Shown here piece by piece: positions 1 to 15,850 of a stretch of 64,000 nt of DNA (the first letter of the stretch is position 1; each line of letters begins with the position of its first letter). The notes beneath the pieces were generated by a model. That model was given only the letters and a program-made list of their open reading frames with translations, had not been told where the DNA came from and ran no database searches. The stretch comes from the human T2T-CHM13v2.0 reference genome, Homo sapiens. The stretch lies in NCBI RefSeq assembly GCF_009914755.1, contig NC_060935.1; one strand, 5' to 3'. A program made the position numbers and the translations under genes.

Positions 1-122
1 ATCTTGTAGTCATCTTATTTGGGAACCAAAATGGGAGGCAGGTTTTCATGGCCCAGTTCTCAGCTTGATTTTTCCCTTTGGCTTAGTGAGTTTGAGGTCA
101 CAAGATTTCTTTTCCTTTCACA
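1..122 (-). mobile_element. 3' LTR (partial, runs off the window) of a MER4A/MER4B-like ERV1 provirus
   Basis: Aligns to 4848-4969 with about 9 mismatches in 122 nt. Begins TGTGAAAGGAAA on the minus strand and is preceded by the purine tract AAAGAAAAGCTGGGGGTGGAGGA (PPT). Confidence 0.85.
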
Positions 123-479
123 TCCTCCACCCCCAGCTTTTCTTTAAAATCTTTTGGAGAAAGCATTTTTAGAAGGAAAATGTGTCTCTGATCTCAGGTT
201 GCTTTTCCCTTTTTCTTTATTTTTTGAGCTGGTTCCTCATCACTAGGATGGTTTACTCCTACAAATTCAGGTCCTATGTTGCTAGGAAGGCTCCTTCCTA
301 GGAAGTCATGTCCCGCATTGCTAGGAAGACTCATTCCTGGGAAGTCGTGTCCCATGAGGATAAAAATAGGGGGAGGAAAGATGGAAATGGAAAGAAAAAT
401 ATAGGGACCTAGGCCAGATATATAGCAACGAAGGGGTAGCAAACCTGGAAGCTGGTTCAGGCTATACTACTGCCTCCTT

Positions 480-2270
480 AATTAGAGCAATTCTTTGAGC
501 AATCATTACTCTAGCTCTTTTGGTTGCATGTTGACTTATTTGCACGCACATACCATAACACCATTGTAAGCAAAAACAGGACAAAACCCAAATTATTCTC
601 ATTACAGGCAATAGCTTCTGTCACCAAGTTCCCCAGGACCCAAACCAGCCAACCTATCAATCAATAAGTGAGGGTTTTGGATCTGACAGGTTGGTTATCT
701 GGGTTTTTATATCGGTCATAAGTCGGGTTATGTTATTTGATTTGTCTGGAATATAAACACAACATTCGGTTTTTATAATGGTGCAGGTCCCACCTTGGGC
801 TGCAGTGAGTATGTCTAAGGCCATACAATTTGGCCGCACAGCTTTCCTCATAAGGAACTCATAAGGAACTTTCGTCATAAGACCTCATTTTTTTTTTAGC
901 AAAGAGATACTCATGCAGCTGTCATTTAGGGCCTTTTGGGTGTAACTTGTTAGGGCCTTGTATTAGTCCATTCTCAAACTCCTATAAAGAACTACCTGAG
1001 ACTGGGTCATTTATGAAGAAAAGAGGTTTAATTGACTCACAGTTCTGCAGGCTGTACAGGAAGCATGGCTGGGGAAGCCTTAGGAAACTTACAATCATGG
1101 CAGAAGTGCGAAGGGGAAGCAAGCACCTTCTTCACATGGTATCAGGAGAGAGACAACAAAGAAGAGTAGGGCACTATCCATTTTCGAAACAACCAGATCT
1201 CATGAGAGCTCATTCACTATCACGAGAATAGCAAAGGGGAAAACCTCCCCCATGATTCATTCACCTCCCACGTGGCCCCTCCTCCAACACGTGGAGATTA
1301 CAATTCAACATGAGATTTGGGTTGGGACACACAGTCAAACCGTATTAGGCCTCTATATACCATATAACATCTTCAATACCTATTTGTGGTACAAAGATTG
1401 AAGCTAAGTGATCATACCATTGGAATACCGAATGTGTCCAGCAGGATTGTAAATGAAAAAGATTTGCTGGTTTTGGTAGGGTCTGAATTATTCATCCTTG
1501 TGTGCAAGTATAACCACCTAGTGAACTTCATCATAACATCCTGGAGGTAACCACAGCCATGTTAGTGCCACATAACCCTTATGTCCCATTTGGAGGTAGC
1601 CAATAAATACCTGGTTGCCGTACCCAATTGGTGGCATGCCAGTCTGTGTCTTGTCATATAATAATGTGGTCACAATGTTCTCCAGGTATCCACCCCATAT
1701 CTCTTCTACTGTTTGGCCATTGGTCGTTGGTGTGTTTTCCTTGTTCCCAACATAAAGGAGCATTTCGGCTAAGCTGACCTAATGAAGGGGTGAGCCACAG
1801 AGTCCCATCCCAAATTTTCATTATCCCATTTTGAAAATGAGCCATTGTTTGGGGCATAGTTGTCACCTTCTCTTTTAGCTGGGGAGATGCTAAAGTGAGA
1901 GTTAGTGAGCTGATCCTTTCCATTAAAAAACATTTCCCCTGTCTCTTGCTCTTAATAGTGTTTTTAATGGGTCAGTTACTTATATTGTCTTTTGTTATGC
2001 CAGCACTAAGGATACCAGACTGTTTCTGTGATGTAATACATTTTTGATATTTTATCCAGTTCTGCCATTGGAAGACAGATATCCGCCATGGCAGGCTGGA
2101 GCCCCTGGAAAGAGGCATGAGTCCGCATATCCAGCAGGCCTCCTTTTGTAATCTGTATGCATAATCCTGAGCCCATTGCAGAAACAGGTTTGTTTCATGG
2201 GTGACAGTGGGTGGCAGTGGCAAGAAGGCGTAGTGACATAGGAGAAATAAAAGCAAGGTTGTGAAATTGA
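480..2270 (-). pseudogene. Disrupted gammaretroviral-type env (SU+TM)
   Basis: Signal-like N-terminus and CWIC (CxxC) motif in ORF 1972..2256. Immunosuppressive-domain-like NCMALDILTAAQGGTC and CX6CC (CTIIKTECC) in ORF 657..878. Hydrophobic TM segment near 560-640. Broken by frameshifts, stops and an MST insertion. Confidence 0.9.
959..1347 (-). mobile_element. MSTA/MSTB-like MaLR solo LTR inserted into env
   Basis: Typical MST sequence (tgtattagtccattctc...gactcacagttctgcaggctgtacaggaagcatgg) with 5-bp TSD GGCCT at 954-958 and 1348-1352. Confidence 0.9.
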
Positions 2271-2499
2271 TTTTAGCTACTAAAAGGACATTAAGTCAGA
2301 CAAGGCAAGTGCCTTGTTCTGTGTAAGACAGCAGTTGCCAGTATCTCTAGGACAATAGTCATAATAGCTATTATAAAATAAGCACAGGTGTTCTTTTGTA
2401 TACAGGCCTGGCCCTGTGTCTTGGGTTTAAGCAGTCCACAACAGCTGTCATCTGCTTCTAGTCCTGAGTCAAAGTTCAATGTTTAGTGAGTCGAAGGCA

Positions 2500-2745
2500 A
2501 AGATCCTTGGCGGGAGTCACTGTCCACTCAGGAGGTTGTGCCTTTTTTAAGATGAGAGATGTGAATCCATGAGTCTATACCCTCTAATTTTGTGCTACAT
2601 GGATTGGCCAATAGTACCTGGTATGGCCATTCCACTGGGGTTGAAGGGAGTCCTTCATTAAATGTCTTTTCCAGTAGACAAAGTCTCCAGGCTGCTGCAT
2701 ATACCTGGAACCCTATCTTCAGGCTGTGTGCTGTGAAAGGAATTC
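2500..2745 (-). pseudogene. Integrase C-terminal remnant of pol
   Basis: Translates, with a frameshift, as QPGDFVYWKRHLMKDSLQPQW..YQVLLANPCSTKLEG.DSWIHISHLKKA, the conserved gammaretroviral IN C-terminal (GPY/F) region. Confidence 0.85.
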
Positions 2746-2799
2746 TTTACTGAATCTTGTTTTTTTTTTTTTTTTTTTTTTTTTTCTTAAAAAAAAGAC

Positions 2800-3470
2800 G
2801 ATAAATGAAGCACAAAAACTGCAGGAACCCTACAGTGTCCTCCTTCTCCACATCCTCCAGATGAGAGGCTGCCACCAGGGTTACTAGGGAACCCATAGTA
2901 AGTAGGGTCTTGGGAGTTAGACCCCCTACTGCCTTCTGTTGAGTGAGTGGCAGACAAGGAAGTGGGGGGATGGTGCACTGGAACATGCAGGAGAAGGAGG
3001 GAACAGATCTGGTTCAGGAAGTTCAGAGAGGTCAGGGTAGAGGGGGAGGTGGGGGATCTCCAAGAGGAAAGGAAGGGATTTAGAGGATTCCTTTAAAAGA
3101 GATAAAACATTAGAGAGTCTTTGGTTAGCACTTCTGAGTTGTTTGTTGGCCTCCTGTGAGGAGGTGAGGTGATCTTCCCCGCCTTTGCTACTCTCCAGGT
3201 ACCACTGAAAGTAGCTCTCCCATCCTGGTTGTTTTTGTGCCTGTGTTTTCCATCCTAGTTCACAGGTATGCTAATTTGTGCATCTCAAAAGATCCCCATC
3301 TAGGCCATGGTAACTTGGAGTCTGCTTTGGTTATAAGGGTCCACTTGGTTAAACATTTGCATGACAACTCGCCATAAGTATTTTGCAGGTACCCGGCTGG
3401 AGTTTCTAAAGGTGGAGCTTTATGTTGCACAGCTGCTGGGTTTTAGCCAACCTAGAGGTCTTGTTCCCCA
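2800..3470 (-). pseudogene. gag 5' remnant (matrix and proline-rich region)
   Basis: ATG GGA at 3470 (MG start), KCLTKWTLITKADSKLPWPRWGSFE matrix-like motif, then proline-rich sequence. Frameshifted. Confidence 0.75.
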
Positions 3471-4380
3471 TAATTTACTTTCTTTTTCAGATTTACCAAG
3501 TCAGGAAGTGTCAGACCCAGGGTGTTCTGCTTGCAGACCTAGCTTTTCAGGGCTGTTACTCCCTGAACCAATTCGATCCACCTGTGTCATGGCTGTGTGG
3601 CACAGTGTGTCGGGGCTCAAGGTGCGGGAGGGGTCAGCTCCGTATATGCACCTGCCAGCTGAGATTAGGCTCGAAGTGTGTTCTTCTGAGGGGGTAACCT
3701 ACTCAGAGCCGCTGCACGTCTTAGGGAGCGTTCCCCCGAGACCCTCTCATATGATTCTCAGTTGCCTGAAAATGCCCTGAAAGGCTGAGGGGAGCATGGT
3801 GCTCTTATTTCTTTGGAGTGGAAAATTCCACACTCATAAGCGAGAGGGGCTTCGAGTTGGTCAAATCTAATAAGAGAAGGATGAAAACATACAGAAAAAC
3901 CCCCGAATAAGACAGAAAACAAACAAACAAAACAGCTAAGCAAAACAACGATCACACAAATTATACATTTCTGAGTGCTCTAAATGTAAGGAGAAATTAA
4001 GACCAGCTGGTTGTTAACACTAACTTTAGTCATTAAAGAGAATTTGCAAAACAGAATCCCAACTCAGCTCCTTACCTACTGATGGGGCCCAAGCTGAAGA
4101 CCGCTCTCTGCCAATGCAGAAGCAGACAAGCCCACCTTCCGTGAGAGAAGCAAGTGGAAACTCCCAGCAAAAAGGAGTTTTCCCTAACAGCAAATTAACC
4201 TCAGACACCCAACTAAAAATGTTGGGAGGTCAGGGATCCCTGCAGGAAAGAGGCCCTAGACCTTGGCAAATTGTCCTATCGGTGTGAGCTATAAAGAGCC
4301 CAAGCCAGTACCAAGTACTGACAGGAGGGCAGCCGCAGGCCTGGGCCACCTTTACTCAGGATCCCTCCGTTGTTACCAGA

Positions 4381-4969
4381 TGTCAATCGAGAAACACGAC
4401 AAGACAGGTCTCACTCATTTTAGGAGGTTTATTTGCCAAAGGTAAGGACTCACACTCTGGAGACAGGCCTATGTCTTTCTCTGAAGATAATTCTGAGGGC
4501 TTCAAATTTAAAAGGGAAAGGACGGGATATTGAGAAATACACAATTTTCATGTAAGAGGGGGGTAGGGGGAAAATAGTCATTCATGCCTTTGTCTGGCTC
4601 AGTGAATCTGCATTTTTACATAAGATGATATAGACAATAGGGCAGAGGAAATAATCAGATCTGCCTTTGTGTCAGGTAGGCAGAGGGATGACTTGAGTTC
4701 TGTCCTATGTGGCCCTGCACCTGTGAAGATAAGCCATCAATTTGCATTGCACTGGTGAATTTTAACAGAAATGCTTTGGGGTAAAGAGCTTGGGGCCCAC
4801 AAGGAATTTCCTTGTGGGCAAAATATGAGGGAGGGGTGTAGCTTTTCATTTTGTAGCCATTGTATTTGGGAACCAAAATGGGAGGCAGGTTTGCATGACC
4901 CAGTTCCCAGCTTGACTTTTCCCTTTGGCTTAGTGAGTTTGAGGTCACAAGATTTATTTTCCTTTCACA
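4381..4969 (-). mobile_element. 5' LTR, MER4A/MER4B-like
   Basis: TG...CA termini, ~590 bp, AATAAA near the 3' end (minus strand), matches 1-122. Confidence 0.88.
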
Positions 4970-5171
4970 ATATGTATGGTGTACAATAACCAGGCTCTGT
5001 CTTGGATTTCTCTTGCCCATGATCTTAAAGAGGAAGCAAAGTAATCTGAAAAGCCAAGAAACTAAACATATTTTACTTCCCTTGAGAGGTCAACTTTTTT
5101 CTTAGTGATTTTTGCTTTTGTAAAGTTATCTTAGAATAAAAAAAGTGAAATTTAAAAGCCTAGTTCATCAG

Positions 5172-5844
5172 TGTTGGAGCTCAGAAAGCAATACACCAAA
5201 GACTGGCACTTTTACATGCTGAGAGGCCTTTGAAGCTGCCTCAGAATCAAGGTTCCTCTAACCTTGTCTTATTGTCCACTGTTTCCCAAATCCTTCACTG
5301 GGTACAGGGAGAGACTCTCTCTCTCTCTCTTTGGACTTTCCTTATCTGAATAAGAAAGCAAGCTTCTTTCCAGAAGAAATGCAATTTTAAGACCCTCTCC
5401 CTAGGAATCTCATCAAATGACCAGCAAAGATCAACCACCTAAGAAGAGAAGAGACTGGAGTCATCACTACACCCAGACAGACTTTTCATAGAATTTTCAG
5501 AGAGCACCTCAGAGAGATTACCTGGGGGACTTTATCTGCATGATAAGACAACCTTTCTTTCTGTGTGGTTCTGCCCCTCACCTTCCCAAAAAGAATCATT
5601 TACTAATAATTGTCCTCATTGGGCCTATTCATTCCCCCATTATCTTCTCCCCTATGAAGGGGGCATTTATGTCTCAACCATCTGGCCTCTCTTTGAGTTC
5701 AGATTTTGTATGACTCTCATGCATACATGTGCATGTAATAAATTTGTTATGCTTTTCTCTTGTTGACCTGTTTTTTATTATAGGGATGTAGGCCATAACA
5801 CTTTATGATGGGGAGGAAAGGGATCACCCCCTTTCTGCCCTACA
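5172..5844 (+). mobile_element. ERV1 solo LTR (MER39/MER34-like)
   Basis: TGTTGG...TACA termini, AATAAA near 5737, 4-bp TSD TCAG. Confidence 0.8.
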
Positions 5845-5965
5845 TCAGTTTACAATCTGTTTGGCAGAGATAGAATCCTCAGAAAGCAAGATAGAAGCAT
5901 AGAAGATGAAGTAACCAGACGCCACCCTGCCTCCTCCAGTGAATGCAGCTACAAAAACTGAAAAG

Positions 5966-6259
5966 GGCTGGGCTCAATGGCTCCTGCCTGTAATCCCATC
6001 ACTTTGGGAGGCTGAGGCACAAGGATTGCTTGAGGCCAGGAGTTTGACACCAGCCTGGGCAACATAGGGAGACCCCACAACTACAAAACAAAAAAAAATA
6101 GCCAGATGTGGTGGTGCACGCTTTTGGTCCCAGCTACTAGGGAGGATTGCTCGAGCCTGGGTGTTTGAGGCTGCAGTGAGCCGCGGTCACACCACTGCAC
6201 TCCAGCCTGGGTGACAGAGTAAGACCTGTCTCATAAAAATAAAAAATAAAAATAAAAAA
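5966..6259 (+). mobile_element. AluJ
   Basis: Dimeric Alu with J-type positions, A tail, TSD AAAAAC(T/A)GAAAAG. Confidence 0.9.
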
Positions 6260-7556
6260 ACAGAAAAGAATGCATGGAAGTTATTTGAGGATGCTGAAAA
6301 GTAAATGATAGCAGGTGGATTGGGAAATAAGACCAAAATGTGAAATATCACAGAACCAGCAGTAAGTTGTTGTCCGCCACCCTTTTTCTCCTTGGTATCC
6401 TCTGGCCTGGATTGAAGGTTGCCTGAAAACTGTGAGAACCAGAAAGAGACAGAGACTGTTCCAGGAGAGGTCTGCTACTTCTGGCTAGAGGAAACAGAAC
6501 ATGGGACTCCTACCACTTAGGGGAAGTGGCGGCAGCAGTCGACTTTTCTTCTGCTTTTTCCTCCATTTTGTTGTGCTCCAGTCCCCATACAATCCTGAGG
6601 TGGTTGTGGCAATGGCAGCAGTAGGGCCCACGTGTACCTAAAACTCTGATGAAGAGGAACCTCCCTCTCTGATTGGGAGAAGCTCTGGTCCCAATTTCAT
6701 GGATGCACCCCTGTTAGTTTTCTCTATCTCTGTCCTTCTGCCACCTGGCCCCAGATGCAGGCACACTCATAGAAGTATGCAGCAGAGTGGGGCAACTAAG
6801 CCCCAGCTTTCTGACTGGAGGAGCAAAGAGTGGAACCACAGGGATCTAAAAAGTACTGGGGAGATCACAGAGAGGGAAGAACTTGAGAAAGTTGTTTCTG
6901 AATTTCTGAGCTCACCCACAAGGTGCACATGGATGGATCTGGCCCTAAACAGAACACCCTAGACCTTGAAAACTGAACTGTGGTCTCAATTCACTGCTCC
7001 ATCCAGATTGGTCTCTGGGTGGTATACATGTGGAGACAGCATTTAAAGGCTTTCAAAACTGTACTGACATTGGAAGCACACATAGAGAAGTGTGGTTGGA
7101 ACATATGGCTTGAACCCCACCAGGCTGACTGCCTATTAAACAAAAATATAAACCCTTTCCATAAGGTTTAAATAAGACTCAGGCCCATAACATAATATCG
7201 AAAATGTCTAGAATGTAATCTAAAATTATGTGGAATATAACAAACAAATCTTGCACAGGAAAAGATAATCAGCAAATGTCAACCATAAGATGACACCAAT
7301 GTTGAAATAATCAAACACATTAAAGAAGCTATTATAAAAATCCTCCAAGATGTAAGGTTGAACAATTTTGAACCAAATAGGAAAATATTAAGCCTTAGCA
7401 AAGAAATAGGATATATTTTAAAAAATAACCAGATGCAAATTTTACAACTAAATAATATAATAGTTTAAAACTTTGTAAAAACATTTTAGTTGGGCTTAAT
7501 AACAGAATGGAGATGACAAAGGAAAGAATTAATAAACTTGAAAATAGATCAATAGA

Positions 7557-7885
<329 letters not shown>

Positions 7886-8753
7886 TTATTCAATCTGAAG
7901 AACAAAGAGGGGAAAGATGAGGAAAAAAATTAACAGAGCCGCAGGAACATATGAGGCAATACCAAAAGTCTAAAATTTATGTCATTGGAATCCTGGAAAA
8001 GAGTAGAAAGAATGATGTATAGGAAAAAAAGTTTGAAAAAATAATAGCAGAAATGTCCCAAATTTGGTAAAAGACATGAATGTGTAGATTCAAGAAGTTC
8101 AGCAAATCCCAGAGAGCATAAATTCAAAGAAATCCGTACCAAGACATATTAAAATCAAATTGCTGAAAACTAAAAAATAAAAACATCTTGGAAGGAGAGA
8201 GAGAGAGACAGAGAGAGAGCATCAGGAAATCAGGAAATAACACAGCTAAGACAAAAAACCAACAAAATTGAAAACAGGAAATAGAGAAAATAAAAGCTAT
8301 TTATTTTAAAAGAGCAATAACATTGATAAACATCTAACAAGACTGATAAAGAAAAAACAAGGAAGTCTGAGGTTATTCATATCAGGGATTGAAGAGGAGA
8401 TATCAGTACAGACCCAAACAGACATTAAACAGACAATCAGTAAGGGAAGACTATAAAAAACACTATGCACATACATCTAACAAACTGCCAAAGCTTACCC
8501 AAAATACAAAGACCAATCCAGGACAACTGGTATAGTTTAGTTTCTTTAACACAGCAAGGTCATGACAAAAAGGCAGGGAGAAGAGACCATTCTATATTTG
8601 AAGATACTTAAAAAGAATAATTGCCAATACAATGATTGAAACTTGATTGGATGCTGATTTAGGGGAAGAAAATCTGTCGTAAAATATTTTGAGGAAAATT
8701 TGGGGAAAAACTTTGATCATGGACTAGATAGTATATGATATTAAAGAATTATT

Positions 8754-8889
8754 GGTGCTGGGTATGGTGGCTCACACATGTAATCCCAACACTTTAGGAG
8801 GCCAAGGTGGGAGGATTGTTTGAGGCCATGAATTTGAGGCCAGCCTGAGCAACATCTCTACAAAAAATTTAAAAATTAGCCAGGCATGG
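8754..8889 (+). mobile_element. AluJ left arm, cut off by the L1PB 5' end
   Basis: Alu left monomer plus A-rich linker, ending at 'gccaggcatgg'. Confidence 0.8.
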
Positions 8890-12170
<3,281 letters not shown>

Positions 12171-12527
12171 GGCTGAGTAGTATTCCATACACACACATAC
12201 ACATCATATATATGATATATGGTTAAACCCCATGCAACAGGAAGCCACTGTTTCCCACAGTCCCTGTAGTCTGGGGCCAAGTGAACCAAGGTTCCCAAGC
12301 AGAGGCCTGAGCAGACTCACAAGCTCTTGTCTTATTGAGTTGGGAACGAATGGGAACAGGATTTTAGGAGATGTGGAAGAGCCGGAGAAATGAGAAAAGA
12401 CAAAGGTAGCCTGGAGGGAAGAGAGATCCCTCACATAGGGAGAGAGAAGGATGTAGTACCTGCTCTAGGGAAGGGAGCTTTGAAGGGCTGGGGAGGGAGT
12501 AAGAGGTGGAGGAGGGGACAGAGAGAG

Positions 12528-12721
12528 ATTTTGCTCTGTGCCCAGGCTGGAGTGCAGTGGCATGACCATGGCTCGCTGCAGCCTTGACCTCTTGGGCTCA
12601 GGCAATATATTGTAGAGATGAGATCTCACTGTGTTGCTGGTCTTAAACTCCTGGCCTCAAGCAATTGTCCCGCCTTGGCCTCCCAACGTGCTGGGATTAC
12701 AGGCATGAGCCACTGCACCTG
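12528..12721 (-). mobile_element. AluJ with internal deletion
   Basis: Right-arm piece joined directly to the left arm at ~12606. Confidence 0.8.
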
Positions 12722-13018
12722 TTTATTTTTTAAATTTTTTATTTCAATAGGTTTTTGGGGAACAGGTGGTGTTTGGTTACATGAATAAATTCTTTCTGAG
12801 ATTTTGGCGCACCTTCACCCAAGCAGTGTACACTGTACACCACGTGTAGTCTTTTATCCCTCATCACCCCCCGACCCTTTCCCCTGAGCCCTCAAAGTCC
12901 AATGTATCATTCTTATGCCTTTGTGTCCTCATAGGTTAGCTCCCATATATGAGTGAGAACATACGATGTTTGGTTTTCCATTCCTGAGTTACTTCACTTT
13001 GAATAAGTCCCCAATTCC
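12722..13018 (-). mobile_element. L1PB 3' end
   Basis: tttatttcaataggtttttggggaacaggtggtgtttggttacatg..., the antisense L1PB 3'UTR. Confidence 0.85.
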
Positions 13019-14391
13019 TCCACAGAAGTGGCATGCTTTCAAAGCACAAAGAATTACTGCAAGTCGTTGTGGGCAGATAGTTTAGTGTTGATTCAGGACA
13101 CTAGAAAATACTTGACATTAGCATGCCCCGCATCATAGGAGAGGCTATATTTTTATATCTAGATATCACTTACTTTCAGGGTGAGAATTGACCTATTGTC
13201 ATTAATTTGCCATACATTTATTGACAACCAACTATATGCAGAGCACTATTAGGACTTTGAGAAACTGCTTTTAACTTTTAAAAGGAGATTTATTTGCACA
13301 GCTACATCCCAAAATAGCAAAGTGTTATCACCTGCTTCTCTAGAATCCCAGTTGGAGCTTGGAAATTAAACCTTCAGTGCATTTACATAGAAGTAGGAAA
13401 ATTTCTCTTCCCTCTATGAAGGGGCAGGTTAGGTCTAGGAGAAGGTGGCCACCCCTGATGATCCACCTCCAGGGCCAACATCTCCATTTACAGTCTGGAC
13501 GCAGGCCTACCTGAGCCTCAGCTCACTTTGATCAAGTGAGGAGAACTAGTTTCTCCCAGAGAAAGCAGAGATCCTAAAATTGATTCTGAGCTTTAAGACC
13601 AGGCAATTCCCCCTGAATCTGCATACCTCCTTTCTCCCACTACTACCCAATGGCCTAAGTCTGCACAAATTCCTTGAGAAAGCAGCTGCTCTTCCTTGGG
13701 CAGGGCCACCCCATAGGAGCACCATGGCCCAGCCTTAGACCTAGTACCCATCTTCACACCAGTTTTCTAGCCAGTTGAACCAATCCCAGTGTCTAATTTA
13801 ACCTCCTCCCTACCATTCATTGCTCCCCAAAAGGGCTTGCGTCTGTTATTATAAGGCCAGAGAAGGAGATTTAGGCTGGTCCTTCAGTCAGCACTGTCCT
13901 ACCACATCCTTCACACATCACTGTTTCAGAGTCTCATCCAGGGCTCCAGTCAGAAACCTGACTAACAAGAAGCTGGGAGGAGACACAGCCTCACATTTGA
14001 ACCTTTTGAAGCCAGAGAGAATGCTAAGTCCTTTCCATGCTTGAGCATCAGGCTGGTAGAGCTCAGAACATTTGGTGTCTTCCATATATAGAGCCTGTAA
14101 GGTCTGAGCTTCCTGGTTTCTAAATGCAGTCATGTTTATCTGCACTGTTGCCTTGGTAGAGTTCCCAGTCCTGACGATGCTTCCGAGTCACCTAGCGAGC
14201 TTATTTTAGATTCCAGAGAGGCTGATTCCATGAGTCTGATAAGTTGGGGCTCTACAAAAGATCTGGGGTGATTTTGAGGCAGCAGGTACACGAGCTAGCA
14301 TTTGGAAACAATTGGTGTACACTGTGGTGCTGGATAAATGAAGATACCAGTGGCCTCCTAGCATCTTAGGTGGTGACTGTGTCATTTAGGC

Positions 14392-14718
14392 CAGCGTTCA
14401 CCATTTTATTTTGGTACCAGGGACCCGGTTTTGCGGAAGACAATTTTTCCACGGATATGGGGTGGGGGAGGCGGGAGGGGATGATTTTGAGATTAAACCG
14501 TTCCGTCTTAGATCAGCAGGCATTAGAATCTCATAAGGAGTGCACAAGATCCCGCATGCTCAGTTCACAATAGGGTTTGCACTCCTATGAGAATCTGACA
14601 GGAGGCGGAGCTCGGGCTGTAATGCTTGCTGGCCCACAGCGCAACTCCTGCTGTGTGGCCCGGTTCCCAACAGGCCACGGACGGGTACTGGTCAGTGGCC
14701 GGGGGTTGAGGACCCCTG
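14392..14718. mobile_element. MER1B-like hAT-Charlie DNA transposon
   Basis: CAG...CTG terminal inverted repeats and a perfect 8-bp TSD ATTTAGGC (14384-14391, 14719-14726). Confidence 0.88.
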
Positions 14719-14984
14719 ATTTAGGCTATTCTGAGTTTTTCTAGGATCCCTAAGAATCCAGTTATCATGGCCGCATCACAGTTTTTTCAGGATGCCCGTT
14801 CTGCACAGCTCCATTTCACTCTCTGGAACAGAAAGCACCACAGCAGCAACGCACAGCTGGCTGACATGGCAGAGCCCTAAGTGTGAAGAGACACCTGACA
14901 AACTGCATTTCCCCTGAACAGTTCTCAACAGCCCTTTGAAAATGCAACATAGCTTATTTTATATAATATAAAATCAGCCTCTAA

Positions 14985-15190
14985 ATCATGGGCTCAAGCG
15001 ATCCTTCAGCTTCAGCCTCCTGAATAGCTAGGACTACAGGTGCACACCACCATGCCCAGCTAACTCAAAAAAAAGTTGTGGAGATGAGATCTCGCTGTGT
15101 TGCTGGTTTTGAACTCCTGGCCTCAAGCAATCCTCCCGCCTTGGCCTCCCAATGTACTGGGATTACAGGCATGAGCCACTGCACCTGGCC
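14985..15190 (-). mobile_element. AluJ (lacks 3' part)
   Basis: Antisense Alu left arm plus part of the right arm. Confidence 0.85.
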
Positions 15191-15479
15191 AGCTGATTAT
15201 ATTTTTAATCATATCATTCTGCTTCCTTCCCATCTCTCCACTATCCCATATGGCTTCCTCTAGAAGTCTTTTAGAACATAAAGTTCCAAAAATGCAGGGT
15301 ACATGCCAAAACCAAGGTCTTCATGGAATTTTCTGTTTGTTTTTCATATCACAAGATGACAAACTAAGACAAAGACTCCAATCAGGAGACAATAGAGCAG
15401 TCATTGTCATCAATCCACTTATAAGGCCAAATTTTGGAATTCATCACTGTGTTACAAGCCCTCTCCTCTCTAGATTTAA

Positions 15480-15850
15480 TTATACTATAGCAAAAGAATG
15501 GAAACAAATTAAATAGCTATCAATAGGGTACTGATGAAATGAGTTATGATACATCTATACAATGGAAAAGTATGCAGACCTACAAAAGAATGAGAAAGTA
15601 TTTATGCCTTGATTTGGAAAGATCTTTATGGATAAGATGTTAATTGAAAAAATAAAAGCAAAACAGAATCAAAGAGAGAACATATGTATGTATTTGTTTA
15701 TATCTAATTATATGTGCATTTCTGAAATACCCATAAAAATAACATTATTTGCCTCTGAGGAGAACTAAGTGACTAGGGCAGAGGATATGAAGGAAGATTC
15801 ACATGCAATCATTTAAACTTTAGTTAATGTATTACGTATTCAAAATATTA
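15480..15850 (+). mobile_element. L1ME-type 3' fragment
   Basis: Degenerate L1 3' motifs (gatacatctatacaatggaaaagtatgcag). Confidence 0.6.

Larger units (their letters stand above)
123..4380 (-). mobile_element. Internal region of a defective MER4-group endogenous retrovirus (leader, gag fragment, integrase C-terminus, env)
   Basis: Lies between two matching LTRs. Has a PBS-like TGGTAACAACGGAGGGAT just after the 5' LTR and retroviral protein motifs in translation. Confidence 0.9.

Noticed and set aside
657-2256. env as a functional syncytin-like gene
   Set aside because: Broken into at least four short frames, interrupted by an MST LTR, and the furin site appears degenerate.
4361-4378. tRNA-like sequence
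   Set aside because: Only an 18-nt degenerate primer-binding site (resembling an Arg-type PBS), not a tRNA gene.
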